A program made the position numbers and the translations under genes. From positions 1-58,533 of the forward strand of contig KZ538618.1 of NCBI GenBank assembly GCA_000934665.2: 58,533 bases of DNA, read 5' to 3'. The notes beneath the pieces were generated by a model that did not search any database, had not been told where the DNA came from, and saw only the letters and a list, made by a program, of their open reading frames with translations. Shown here piece after piece: positions 1 through 11,268 of this stretch; the first letter of the stretch is position 1; each line of letters starts with the position of its first letter. This DNA is from Catajapyx aquilonaris. Its lineage: Eukaryota.

Positions 1-491
1 AACAGGAGCGTTGTCATGGTATAGTGTTGACAATTTAGTACAGTACTGTAAAAAGTCATCACCACCACAAATCAATGAAAGCTGACATGAAACTCACTAC
101 CACCTTTATTGCACCCAACACAAAACTGTAATCAAAGGAGCTGCTAAAAGTGTCCTCCAGCCACTTGTACACGCAGCCTACAACGACGCACAAGAGATTC
201 CCGAGTTGATTGGAACAACACTGAATTGTTTAATTTCCAGACTTTTACTTGTTGTGCTGTACCAGACAATTACTTGTCGACACTACCATGACAACGCTAC
301 CATAGAGTAGCAGCAAACCACATAACTGTTACCGTACCACAGGTACTAACAAGTTATCGATTTCAGTAAATTTGATGATTTTTTAGAGGGTGGGTGATTT
401 TTTTAGAGGGTGGGTTCATTGGTCAAAAATGTTTGTTTTGGGGTCCCCTACCCACCTTTAAAATTTATGCATTGGGTCTTGTTACACCCTG
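1..491 (-). mobile_element. Tc1/mariner-superfamily deletion derivative, cut by the window edge
   Basis: Ends ...TACACCCTG followed by TA (492-493). The minus strand at about 240..132 reads FQSTRESLVRRCRLRVQVAGGHF*QLL*, the typical C-terminus of DDxD Tc1/mariner transposases, with an internal stop. An internal inverted repeat pairs about 8-33 with 274-298. Confidence 0.7.
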
Positions 492-891
492 TATAGGACA
501 TTGGGTCTTAGCTATAACATTCCTTCTCTATATTTTTCAATGATTTTTTTTTAAAAACCTTTATCTTTATTTCAATACAGCACGTTTTCCTTGTACAGTA
601 TAGGGCTCCATACTAGATGTTACATTTGCCGAATGTCCCCTATAGGGGACGGCCCTTTTCTTACAATCTAGCATTCCATTTTTTTGTTTGTCATTTTTGT
701 TGTGTTTTGGGGACTATTATGAACTAATAAAAACAAACAAAAAACAAAATTTAAACAAAAAATCTTTCAGGCATATCTGGGTTTAAAATATGATGTGCTG
801 CATGTAACTAGAACAAGGTGATAATGTGTATAATTATGTTACTATTTACCATGTCTAAGATCAATGAAATTGCTTGCAGGGTTTAGGAAAT

Positions 892-1026
892 ATGGCATCC
901 CCCAAACATCAAGAGCTTTCATCCTTCATAAAAAATGTGCATCTGAAACTCCGAACTGATTACCATCGCTCAATGGATGAAGATGAAGTTTGGGAAAAGC
1001 ACTGCCAGGACAAAGCCCGTCTTAAG
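892..1026 (+). CDS. SAMTOR: SAMTOR coding exon 1 (MASPKHQELS...KARLK)
   Basis: ATG at 892, donor AAG|GTGGGA at 1027, 45 codons. Confidence 0.88.
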
Positions 1027-1957
1027 GTGGGATATAATAAAAAAGGTTCACAACTATATTAATTCTAACTTTGCTTTACAGGCATATTCTCAAGCAATGT
1101 ACAAACTAGCTACTTCATACTGGGAGAAATTCTGTGCCAACAATCCATGTGGTTCAAGAATTCATTGGGTTCGTAAAACGTGCAACGAGTACTTCTATGG
1201 AACAGGACTGAAGAGGAGTTTAGAGAAAGATAGGCGTACTTTAGAATGGAGCAACTGTAATGCTGCAGTCGAAATATTTGCTATGCAAGGAAAGCTACGA
1301 ATGCTAGATGTAGGTAGTTGTTACAATCCTTATAAGGATTATGATGAATTTGATGTTGTGGCTATTGATTTAGCACCTGCTGTAGATAGTGTGTTGCAGT
1401 GTGACTTTCTTAAGGCAAACATATGCAAAGAATTGAGAGTTGATTGTGAATCTTGTGTTGTAAGTCTTCCCAAGGAGTCATTTGATGTGGTGACATTTTG
1501 CTTGCTTTTGGAGTACCTGCCATCACCACAGCAGCGGTTTTTATGCTGTCAAAAGGCTTACAAACTGTTGCAAACAAATGGCTTGCTCATGATAGTAACA
1601 CCAGATTCAAGGCATCAACACTACAATTCAAGACTTATGCGACAGTGGAAGGTTGGGTTAGGATTGTTAGGTTTTTCACGGGCTTATTATGAAAAGCTTC
1701 CCAACTTGCATGCAATGGCATTTAGAAAATTGCCTTGTACTGACATGGCAAAAATATACCTGAAGAAGGATTTGGATAAGCTTGGATTGAAGGATGACTT
1801 AAGTAATGAACATTTGGCATCCTTATTGGCCATTCCACAAGACTCAGTGGTGGAAAAAAATGAATACAAAAATGAGGAGCAGGTGCGAAAAGAGAGGGAC
1901 CAAGAGAGTGAATACATTGCAGACAATTTTTGCCACTTGCCAACCATAGACCTGTGA
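892..1957 (+). CDS. SAMTOR: S-adenosylmethionine sensor upstream of mTORC1 (SAMTOR/BMT2 homolog); join(892..1026,1082..1957), 336 aa
   Basis: Class I methyltransferase-fold motifs LDVGSCYNP, AIDLAP, CDFL, FDVVTFCLLLEYLPSP and IVTPDSRH match the SAMTOR/BMT2 family as I recognise it. A 55-nt phase-0 GT-AG intron (1027..1081) joins ORF 874..1062 to ORF 977..1957 in frame. A 5'UTR acceptor ttgcag ends at 879. Confidence 0.93.
1082..1957 (+). CDS. SAMTOR: SAMTOR coding exon 2 (AYSQAM...PTIDL*)
   Basis: Acceptor tttgctttacag|GCA; open to the TGA ending at 1957. Confidence 0.93.
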   Translation, partial: AYSQAMYKLATSYWEKFCANNPCGSRIHWVRKTCNEYFYGTGLKRSLEKDRRTLEWSNCNAAVEIFAMQGKLRMLDVGSCYNPYKDYDEFDVVAIDLAPAVDSVLQCDFLKANICKELRVDCESCVVSLPKESFDVVTFCLLLEYLPSPQQRFLCCQKAYKLLQTNGLLMIVTPDSRHQHYNSRLMRQWKVGLGLLGFSRAYYEKLPNLHAMAFRKLPCTDMAKIYLKKDLDKLGLKDDLSNEHLASLLAIPQDSVVEKNEYKNEEQVRKERDQESEYIADNFCHLPTIDL

Positions 1958-2047
1958 ATTAACTGTGAAATTTAGCATGTGCACAATCACTTGAAAAATA
2001 TGAGAGCGTAGCAACTTCTTTTTTGTTGTTGTACATTCTGAGTAGCA

Positions 2048-2400
2048 ATTTATTTATTTATTTATTTATTTTGGTTCCCCCTTGAGTCCAATTGGTCAAT
2101 GCAGGGGGAGGAGATCTCCTCCATTTTCTATACTTTTCAATCTCACCGGTGCAGGGACAGGGAAGGGATAGGGAGGGAGGAACAAAGGTGCAGTGCATTG
2201 TCCTGTGGTGGGGACTGTGTGCAGTCCCTCAGGGGGCCAAGCTTAGACACCCCCCTAGGCGCGGCCGGAAGTCCCCCACCGAACACTGCGCCTCCTCCAG
2301 GGCAGGGAAAGGAAGGAAGCAGCTGTGGCCTATTTAGCGGTACGATCCCGGGATTTCCCTGGGGTGACCTTGGAAAACCACAGAAAACCACTGACACTGA
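2048..2400 (-). mobile_element. SINE family A, 5'-truncated copy
   Basis: Reverse complement shares the GGTTTTCTGTGGTTT...TAGGCCACAGC.GCTTCCTTCC body with the SINE at 3743; (TAAA)n tail at about 2048-2072. Confidence 0.75.
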
Positions 2401-2493
2401 CAGGTTTCCCAGATGGTGAGGAAAATGGCCCAAGATTGCCCTTGTGAAAGAGCCTTATGAGAAAGAACAACCTCTTGCCTAACCACTAGATTA

Positions 2494-2853
2494 ATAATGA
2501 TTTAATAATTGGGGTTAGTGCACTGCCTATTGGTGGGCATCTGGCATGGAACCTTTATTTGCTTTAGGTGTACAAGCTAATACATTTTTGGTCCTTTTCC
2601 ATAACGCCCGGGTACCGCGAGCGATAGGGGATGAGTTGGAGGGGATGTGCAAGGTGCAGTGCAATGTCTTTGCTGTGGTCATTTTGTGAACTCCCCCCGG
2701 TGGTTTGTCTTAACAGAGATATCACCCGAGACAAAGCCAGAGATGGCCAAGAACTCTGCACGAGATGAAGGGGGAAACCCCAGGCTGGGATTGAACCTAG
2801 GACCTTAACATCCATGGGCACATATGTTACCGCAGCGCCACTCCGCCTCCCTC
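2494..2853 (-). mobile_element. tRNA-derived SINE family B
   Basis: Minus-strand head GGCGGAGTGGCGCTGCGGTAAC (A-box-like) ... GGTTCAATCCC (B box). Flanked by a direct repeat of about 23 bp, CCTCTTGCCTAACCA(A)CTAGATTA (2471-2493 and 2854-2877). Homologous to the copy at 42375. Confidence 0.8.
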
Positions 2854-2985
2854 CCTCTTGCCTAACCAACTAGATTAGACTCCTTCAGTGGAAGCAGTGA
2901 CCTCATGGTGACTAGGTGAATCATGATGGGAGATGAATGTCAATTTTTATTGTACATTTAAATGAGTAGTTGTTACTCTCTCAGG

Positions 2986-2991
2986 AATAAA
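2986..2991 (+). promoter_or_regulatory. Candidate SAMTOR polyadenylation signal
   Basis: First AATAAA I found downstream of the SAMTOR stop codon. Confidence 0.35.
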
Positions 2992-3325
2992 TCACCTCAT
3001 CCAGAAATTAATGGCCATTTGGTCATTTAGAATGTTTAAAGAATTTTCCCCATGAAGCTATTATGTCAGTATGATCTACCTACTGATCAAAGCATTTTTA
3101 AAACTGTGCTCCAAATTATTTATGCCTTTGTGTAACATGCTTGCTGCCAAGCCTAGTCATCTGCTTCTTGATCTCTTGCCTCCCAAGAGTTATCGGGCAG
3201 TTGTGAAGCATGTTAAGAGACCACTTTGACCAAGGCCTGGACCATGTTCTGGACTGTATGGAGTATGCTCAAAGATGCCCCATTTGAACTGTTAAAGCAG
3301 GATGCACAACAATGACTGTACTGTA

Positions 3326-3704
3326 CAGTACCGTTCATAAAGAATGGTACGACTCTATATGGACGAAATGTTTATCCTGTTCTCAACCCCTGGGTCGCCA
3401 GCATGTTTTTAGGGGTCTGAGGAAGTCCGGGAAAAGGGAATCAAAATAAAATGAAAAGGAGAAGAAAAAACAAAGTAGGAAATTTCATGGGGGAAATTCA
3501 CATCAAATCAAATATTGCACCTGGTTGAACATTTTGGTAATAATTAAAAATTCTATTTAAAAATCGGGATGGGTCATACGAGTCACCAGGGGTCCAGAAA
3601 AGGTTGTTCATAGGGTTTCGTCGAAATAAGTTTGGGAATAATGCTGGATAATCAGGATAAACATTTCGTCCGTAGAGTCATACCATTCTTTATGAACAAG
3701 ACTG
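3326..3704. mobile_element. Tc1/mariner-type MITE
   Basis: TA|CAGT...ACTG|TA termini; TIRs of about 55 bp (GTTCATAAAGAATGGTA.GACTCTA...GGACGAAATGTTTATCCTG). Confidence 0.85.
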
Positions 3705-3742
3705 TACATCACAGTCCTGACATGCACATTACTCATTGTTCA

Positions 3743-4190
3743 CCGAAGCAGTTTTGTGGAGTGGATAAGGTGTTCTACTGCTAATCGGGAGGTCCTGGGT
3801 TCGAGTCCCGGGGCCGGCAATCCTAACCGTGGTTTTCTGTGGTTTCCCACGGTCCCCCCCAGGAGAATTCCGGGATTGCTTCCTAAATAATAGGCCACAG
3901 CCGCTTCCTTCCTTTCCTATCCTTGTCCCGTCCATGAGGAGGTGCGGTGTCGGTGGGGGGGGTTCTGACCCGCACCTAGAGGGTCATCTTGGCGAACGGG
4001 ACCCCTGAGGGACTGCACATGACTCCCAACTTGAGACATTGCACTTGCACCAGTGTCCCCCCCTCATTATCCATATCATGTCCCCTTGCACTGGAGGAAA
4101 GAAAAATAATACAAGAAAATTGATGGTGGTGTACCACCCCCCAACAGGGCCCATGTAGGCCTATCACGCGGTAAAACAAATAAACAAATA
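3743..4190 (+). mobile_element. Full-length tRNA-derived SINE family A
   Basis: A-box-like GTGGAGTGGATAAGG, B box GGTTCGAGTCCC and an AAACAAAT-repeat tail. Exact 12-bp TSD ACTCATTGTTCA (3731-3742 and 4191-4202). Confidence 0.92.
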
Positions 4191-4501
4191 ACTCATTGTT
4201 CAAGTGGGACATATTTAAACATCCTCCAGACTATGGTCTGGAGTTTTCATTAGGTGACTTTCACTTACTTTGGCACCTCCAGAAAACTTTTGGCAGGTGA
4301 GAGCCTGTAGGGCATAGGCAGTGACCAAGAGATGAAAGACTTGGGAGGAATTCTCTTCACATTTTTAAATACATGCAGACATGTCTTACTGTCTGGGTGT
4401 GCTAATCAGCTGACAAATATTTTTTGATCTGAGTGGAATTTGGTCCTCTGTCTTTGCACCTTGACATTTTATTTTTTAGCACATATTGCCATGGACAACT
4501 A

Positions 4502-5043
4502 CAGGGTTACTCGAAGTCTAGATACATAGGTAAGTGGATTGTATTGTTGGTTGCCAGTTGTGCCAACTCCTCCATTACTGACAAGGGAATGACCATGGTC
4601 AGTCACCTCCGATTTGGTTGAGGGGTTGAGGGGAAACTCGCTTGAGGGGTCACTCATGTGTGATAGACATTGTGGTGAAGTCCTAGATGACACTGTCGAG
4701 CTGTTTCCGAGATATGAGCGACAGAAACATCTGAATTTTGTCCGCGCGTATAGGGGCCTTGCACCTGTCCCTTCGCGCCCGACACCTGTATGTGCTGGTA
4801 TACGCGTGGACAAAATTCGGATTTTTTTGTGCTCATATCTCGGAAACAGTTGGACAGTGTCGTCTAGGACTTTCACCACTGTGTCTCTCGCACATGAGTG
4901 ACCCCTCAAGCGAGTTTCAACCAAATCGGAGGTGACCGACCTTGGTTGTTCCCTTTGAGTGTCAACAATCTGCTAGTTGGCACAACTGGAAACCAACAAT
5001 ACAATCCACTTACCTATGTATCCAGACTTTAGAGTCACCCATG
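4502..5043. mobile_element. Foldback MITE with Tc1/mariner-type ends
   Basis: TA|CAGGGTTACTC ... GAGTCACCCATG|TA. Imperfect arms of about 240 bp surround a spacer at about 4743-4806. Confidence 0.85.
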
Positions 5044-5332
5044 TAGACCTATATGCCAGTACAGTATAAGGCAATTTTATGGATGTTGCATAATTTTTCT
5101 CTACTTATGTGCCACAATATTACCTGAGAGTTTTCTGGACAAAGTTCATGTTAAGCCCCAAGTGTCCTGGCCTACCGAGGACTCTGGCCTCATAATGAGG
5201 GTATGAGCTTGTATGTGTGGGGAATCTTGCCCATACCATTGCCATATGGCATTCATAGTAAGGAGGTTGGGAGACATGCTTCCTGCCATTCCCTAATAAA
5301 CTTTACCACCCTCACCCTAACGCCACTGTATA

Positions 5333-5601
5333 ATTATAGTCATAAATTTGAAAAAAGGACGAATTCAAAATTTTTACAACTTTACAGGAGAGCCAAAAGA
5401 AACCTGAAAACTGCTATGCAAATACATAGGATGGCCTTTTGATTTTCTATTATAACTCTGATGCCACTTGTCCCATGTGTTCGCCATTTTGGATTATAGC
5501 CTCTGCCAGCACCATCAAGTCTTGATGGTGCTGGCAGAGGCTATAATCCAATTTAAGCAAAAATGTTGAATTTGTGCTTTTGTCATATTAATGAATATAA
5601 T
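5333..5601. mobile_element. Old MITE with degenerate TIRs
   Basis: TAGTCATAAATTTGAAAAAAGGACGAATTCAAAATTTTT resembles the reverse complement of about 5559-5597. Confidence 0.5.
5489..5551. repeat. Perfect palindrome, 31-bp arms, 1-nt spacer
   Basis: TTGGATTATAGCCTCTGCCAGCACCATCAAG-T-CTTGATGGTGCTGGCAGAGGCTATAATCCAA. Confidence 0.97.
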
Positions 5602-5731
5602 ATGCTTGCTTCCCATCAAGTCAGGAATTAAAGCACTCAGTGAGTACCTGAAATAATGTAGTGTATTCTTTTGTTGGAGCTAGATTCCATGGTAGGCCAG
5701 TAATTAACTTGGGGTGGAGCAACTTCCTCTA

Positions 5732-6009
5732 AGGAGTAAATGAATTGAAAACCTCGGGGGAAGAGCAATCAAGGTCCACCTCAGGTGAAACAGATATTTT
5801 TATTTCAAATTTCGAATGCCCATAAGGCTCCATTGTAAAGCCCACTTTCAGGGCCTCCCATAGTGACCTATGATCATTACTTCACAACTACGACCAAACC
5901 ATCATATTCTACACTACTTAAACTATATTCTAAGATATGTAACTCATTTTTGACAAAAAGTGGACCTTGATCTTTCTTCCCCCGAGGTCTTCAGTTGTAG
6001 TTTACTCTT
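5732..6009. mobile_element. MITE, superfamily unclear
   Basis: Imperfect TIRs of about 50 bp: ACCTCGGGGGAAGA..ATCAAGGTCCAC and GTGGACCTTGAT..TCTTCCCCCGAGGT. Confidence 0.65.
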
Positions 6010-6424
6010 GATCTTAGAAACAATGTGGAATAATAATGCATTTAATATAACTTTGAACAAGGTACCTACTACAAAAGTGAATACAAATATGCACAATAAC
6101 CAGTATAGTATTTGATTGTGACTAAATGCATATGTTACAGTAAAACTTTAACAACAATATAGGTATAATGAAAGTACATGGGAATATATTCGTACATTAC
6201 TATAAAAATAAGACTTGTGTCACATGATGGGAAGTGAATAAGTAGGGAGATTGCTCATTGCAATAATCTGTTTAAATCTTTCAAGCCCATTGGGCATATA
6301 AATACATGTGGGAGAAAATTGGTATTTTCTACTGGAAAGGTTAAATAAGAAATCTAATTGATACTGCCTGCTGTGGAAAGATCTGGGCTTTCTTGTGATA
6401 TCAACTTTATGTTGTTAAGTTTAA

Positions 6425-7093
6425 CCCCTTCGACCCCAGGGCTCTTTTCATTGGCAACATCTGTATACCTCATTTACATGGATTGTTTTTTTTTTTTTGC
6501 CTCACCTCCCAGATGGTCCAGTGATGCCAACGGGAATATCCCAGCATGTTTTTATTCAGCCTGTGTGAGCCGTGTTAATGGTACCTATGCATGTAGGCGA
6601 TGGCAATACAGGGTGAAGGGAAACTCGCGGACAATCGCCAGGTAATCTGATAGTACTCACAAAACTAATATAGGGATGTGCAATTAGTTTTGGGCTTCGT
6701 TGCATAGTTAATGCATACGGCACCGTCAAAGTTTCGTGATGTCACATCCGTTTCGCCAGCTTCTAAGAAGCAACAGTCAGTTAGAGGGCCTCTGGTACCT
6801 TGCCTTGGTCCCCTAACACATCGTCCATGTGCAAAAAGCGATCAAATCCCATCAGAGTAAGAATTCGGGTACGACACCCATGCACTTTGTCGTTTTTGCC
6901 TCATATTCCACCATCCGGCCCTCTACATTTTCAGGGCGCCGTACACATTAACTACGTAGCGGAGCCAAAAACCAATTTCACATCCCTATATTCGTTTGTG
7001 AGTACTATCAGTCTACCTGGCGATTGTCCACGAGTTTCCCTTCACCCTGTATAGCTGATACTTTGCGATCAAGTTCTCCTGGGACCGAAGAGG
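6425..7093. mobile_element. piggyBac-type MITE hosting a nested mariner MITE
   Basis: TTAA|CCCCTTCGACCCCAGG ... CCTGGGACCGAAGAGG|TTAA; the TIRs match at 13 of 16 positions and the TSD is TTAA. Confidence 0.7.
6609..7049. mobile_element. Tc1/mariner-type MITE, family C copy 1
   Basis: TA|CAGGGTGAAGGGAAACTC ... GAGTTTCCCTTCACCCTG|TA with TIRs of about 115 bp; a second copy lies at 11269. Confidence 0.92.
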
Positions 7094-7152
7094 TTAAATG
7101 AATCTAGGAGAGATTGGGAAATGCAATGCATTGAACTTTAGTGCCATTTAAG

Positions 7153-8134
7153 CAGTAGTGGGCAGGGTTCCGCTAATCTGCTAACCACTAATTAGCAAAG
7201 CTAATTGTTTGGTTAGCTGATGAGCATTTTCGCTGACATTGTGAACCATTCGTGGACCAATTAGCTTCCGCTAATTTTAGTTCTGCTACATGTAAGTCTG
7301 CTAACAAAATTCATACATGTTGCTGTTTCACTGTCTGTTATTTTCTGAGCAGCATTGAGGGCCAAGAGAGCCACCCTCTCAGATCACAACTTTGAGAGGG
7401 TGATGTTTTTGAAGGCCAACCGCCATCACTTGGAAACGATGGTAGTTGGAGATGGTCCAGCCCATGGCTGTAGAAGACTCAGGTTAGGTCACTCCCCACC
7501 CACCCCCTGCCGAGGGATTACGCACCGGGTGCTCACTTGAGAGCGCCATGAGACATTTTCCAGAGCATTTATGTGGCGACCCTACCGGACTAAGGCTGAA
7601 CTTTATAGCCAGCATGTAGCCCTCCCCTTCGTACCTATAAAGTTCAGCCTTAGTCCGGTAGGGTCGCCACATAAATGCTCTGGAAAATGTCTCATGGCGC
7701 TCTCAAGTGAGCACCCGGTGCGTAATCCCTCGGCAGGTGATAAGCCCAGAAGATAGGGGTAGTGTCCGTGGGCTGGTCCAGCCAAAGTGAATTATATTTT
7801 CCGATTGTAAAATGTAATACTTTTGTTACAATTCAACTTTTTAGCTTTTTGGATTTGTTTATTACTTTTTGTATGGAACAGCAAATAACTAAATGAGGCA
7901 TATGTGTAGCAGGGCTCTCTAGACTCTAGCACTCCAGGTCTATTTTTATTTTTTAAAGGGTTGTAGAGCCAAAAAAAAAGCTAAATTCATATAATAAATG
8001 TTAGCTGTTAGCGTCAGCTTCCCCTAATCTTCCTATCTGTTCAGCGGTAGCGATTTAGTGAACTCAACAGGGGTTGCAGTTAGCGGATTAGCGATTAGTG
8101 AAGCTAAACTTTCGGTTAGCTGTGCCCACCACTG
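7153..8134 (+). mobile_element. Non-autonomous hAT element
   Basis: TIRs CAGTAGTGGGCA and TGCCCACCACTG, exact 8-bp TSD CATTTAAG (7145-7152 and 8135-8142), subterminal GCTAA/TTAGC arrays. A hAT C-terminal remnant LRAKRATLSDHNFERVMFLKAN lies at 7355-7420. Confidence 0.92.
7506..7737. repeat. Perfect inverted repeat, 103-bp arms, 26-nt loop
   Basis: 7506..7608 is the exact reverse complement of 7635..7737, checked base by base. Confidence 0.97.
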
Positions 8135-8695
8135 CATTTAAGATCTACTGTATATTTAGTCAATGCTGAATTTGGAATTGATCCTGAATCTGGGTCGATT
8201 GTTTTGATCTCTTAGGGGCAGGATTTTTTTGCAACGCTTGTAATTTATGTGCTACACAGGTTTCTGGATAATGTAGCAATATTAGCATTTTTGCTAAGGA
8301 GTTAAGGAGCGAAGCAAATTAATGTCGAGGCTGGCACCATTGGTATACCTGACACGCATATTGAATCACAGAGACCAGCAATTACAGAGTTTGGTCACTC
8401 CTCCAGGTTAATTCCCCTTTTGATTGGTAAAGTTATCTGCCCACTGACAGTATATTTTATCACAGGTATTTGCTGTAAAATAAGCTTCAGAGTGAACAAT
8501 TCGCATCATTAGAGGATGTAAGTTGTTGAGGGGGAAGAAATACAATACCGGTATGCCTAGATGTTGCCAACCTTTGCGATCTTCCACTGGTTGCCTATAG
8601 TTAAAGGAGCCAGACTTTGGATGTGTTGATGGAGTAAATTATTGATGATGGGTAGAATCTGTCACCAATGGGTACTGGTATGCTACTACCGTATA

Positions 8696-8916
8696 CAAAG
8701 TGTTCCAAGTATATAGGTTCTTTTAGTTGTAGGAAATTTTGTTCGAAGCTGTTATTTTTTTGTAGCTTGTTGCACTCCAATCCAGATGCCATATTATGTC
8801 ACTGCTACATTCGACCACTGATAGTAATGAAGCACCTGGATCAGGGCACAACACAAAAATAACTACTTTGGACTATAATGATAACTAAAAATGACCCACG
8901 AACTTGGAACACCCTG
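8696..8916. mobile_element. Degenerate Tc1/mariner-type MITE
   Basis: TA|CAAAGTGTTCCAAGT...TTTTAGTT pairs with AACTAAAA...ACTTGGAACACCCTG. Confidence 0.6.
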
Positions 8917-10529
8917 CATATTAGGAATATATAACTTTTCTCCTGATAGATAACATGTGGCCTTCATAAAAAGTCAGCACTTCAGCCCCAAAGATATTTG
9001 CATACAACTGAATGAGCACGAAAATATATTCAGTGGGAATTTTGGTGCATAAAGAAGGGCTCTGTGATCCTTCCAACCTCTTTTTTCCAAGTATGCAATT
9101 CCATCACTTTTTTTTTACAAGTGTGTTGTAACAGATGTGTCATTGTGGGCTTTTTTATAATGGTAAATATTTGAATATCATTTTTATAGTTCTTGGGTTC
9201 ATTCTCATACCATAAAAGTGTAAATTGGACAGTTGGACACATTCTTGTGTTAAATTAAGGGATATGACCATGATGTTAATTGGTATTCATTAAAATGAAA
9301 TCACTGGGGAATACTGGACAGTGTTGCAGCAATGTTTTTGGAAGGCAAAAGGGTTCCTTGACGAGAAAGACACTGAAGACCTCTGCTCTTGACCAATCAA
9401 CAAAAACATTAAAATTACTTTCCATGTTGCTGGATTCACTCTTGTCAATGTCCTCCTTCCTTCCCCTCTCCACTTTCTTCCTTAATATGATTATAATGAC
9501 AATAGGTAATATTCAGAAACATGGTGCTGGTCTACTCTAGTCCTGGGATTAGGGTAGATTAAGCTAGTCCCTGACTAGGAACATAGAAATGTGGCAAATA
9601 CAAATAGGGGATTTGACTTGTCAAATGTATGGTGTAAGGTTCTAAAGCCATAAAATGATAGTACTGATCAATAATAATTAAAGTGGCTAGATTTTGGGAT
9701 AAAATGGCAAATGTTGGAAGTATTTGTGACATTATTTGAACTACTGAGGTGCTGCTTAGCATACCGAGTACTTCTTGAGATGGGCTGTCCCAGTCGGTCC
9801 AGAACTACCCTCTCTCCCTGCTACAACTTCTTTTAATTCAGGCGAGTCCCTGACAAGGGCATTTCATGCATATTCTGTGTTCCTGAATGAGTTTTTTTTT
9901 TTTTTTTTGCCAAGGCCCACCTAGTCCCACCTAGTTCTGCTGGACTAAAACATTGATCTTGCTAGTCCATGTTTTTGGATGTAACCATATGAGTAAAACT
10001 GCAGTTATTATTTGTACCATTTAAATTATTGAGAACCAGCAAAATAAATTGGATTTTAATTATGCGATGATGTTTTATTTAATTCTAATGTATTTTTTTA
10101 ACATTTTGGGAAAAAATTCAATCAGTTAGGTCTAGGCAGTACACTCCTGATACCAAAAAAGTAATTTTTGCTATGTCTCTTCTTCCAATTGAGTTAACAG
10201 TCCATAAAAAGCATAAAACATGGCGGAGGGTCAAGAAAGAGATAGGTCACAGTGATTATATTACAGCAAGTCTTCCAACTCGTGGCTAAAAAGCTAACAC
10301 TTGACTTCTTTGCTAAGACTGCCATTGTCATCACAAAAAATAATTCCCCCCCTTTCAGTCAAATGCAAGAGTCTTATGACAGGATTTATGCAGTTAAACC
10401 ATGCTTCACTTGTAGCCTACACTGGACTTAAACAAATGATTGATACTAACCTATAGTTTCAAGGCATATTAAGTCTTCCTTTTATTTTAAAATATGATGT
10501 TCTGCAATAGAGTCAAACTCACAAAGTGT

Positions 10530-10780
10530 GAAAAAAGAACAGGTGTACAATATCTTGTGCCAAAATTTAGATGCTTCTGTCACTCATATATCAGAAATGG
10601 CTGAAAATCTGCATTTCAAACTTTCACCACTGTGGTTTTGGCACATGATGTACTATATCACTCAAAAACATAGAGACGATTTTGCATTTGATTCAAGTGC
10701 AGGCTGCACTTGAGTCAAATGCAAGTTCATGCAAGTTTCAGCCAAATCGGAGGGGGAGACCCTGTGTCATTCCCTTGTTT
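10530..10780. mobile_element. Fragment related to the inner arms of the 4502 foldback
   Basis: GTTTCAGCCAAATCGGAGG...TCATTCCCTTGT (about 10735-10779) matches 4914-4954 and the reverse complement of 4581-4621. The left boundary is approximate. Confidence 0.5.
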
Positions 10781-11268
10781 GATCCCTGTGTAAGACTATA
10801 CTATCATGTGGAATGAGTTTACAGGGTTTCTCTCCATGTTCACATGGATCTGCTTTGATTCTTTTTTTTTCCCACTCTTCAAATTCCCCATCGCAAAATT
10901 CCCCTGGGCCTTACTTGTCCAATGATTTTATTTCTCTCCCCTTCCAAAGTCTCGCTCCAATAAGAAAAAACAACAACAAAAAGACAGAGGCCAATTTAGG
11001 TATATACCTTGTTATTGGATTTATTTCCAGTGTGGTTCTCGATGAAACAGGAACAAAATTAATAAAAATGTTGCATTTGAACCAGGAAAAAAAATTGAAA
11101 AAAGATTTGAAAGCATCTGTATGATAACATCATTGAAATTTTGAACTTTGAACTGGAGGTAATACAGACTTTAGTAATACTATAGTACTTGCATCATATT
11201 TTAGCTCACCCATGTCAGTGAAAATGTTGTATTTGCCTATAAGTCTTGCTGGCCTTCTGACTACTATA

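Noticed and set aside
376..414. Tandem duplication of about 20 bp (TGATTTTTTAGAGGGTGGG)
   Set aside because: Local slippage inside a decayed transposon.
977..1081. N-terminus MKMKFGKST... of the 326-aa ORF
   Set aside because: It is off-frame exon 1 plus intron sequence; the spliced model from ATG 892 fits better.
4433..4935. Overlapping ORFs with near-identical peptides on both strands
   Set aside because: A by-product of the foldback symmetry; the same applies to the ORFs at 7484-7785 and 50200-50494.
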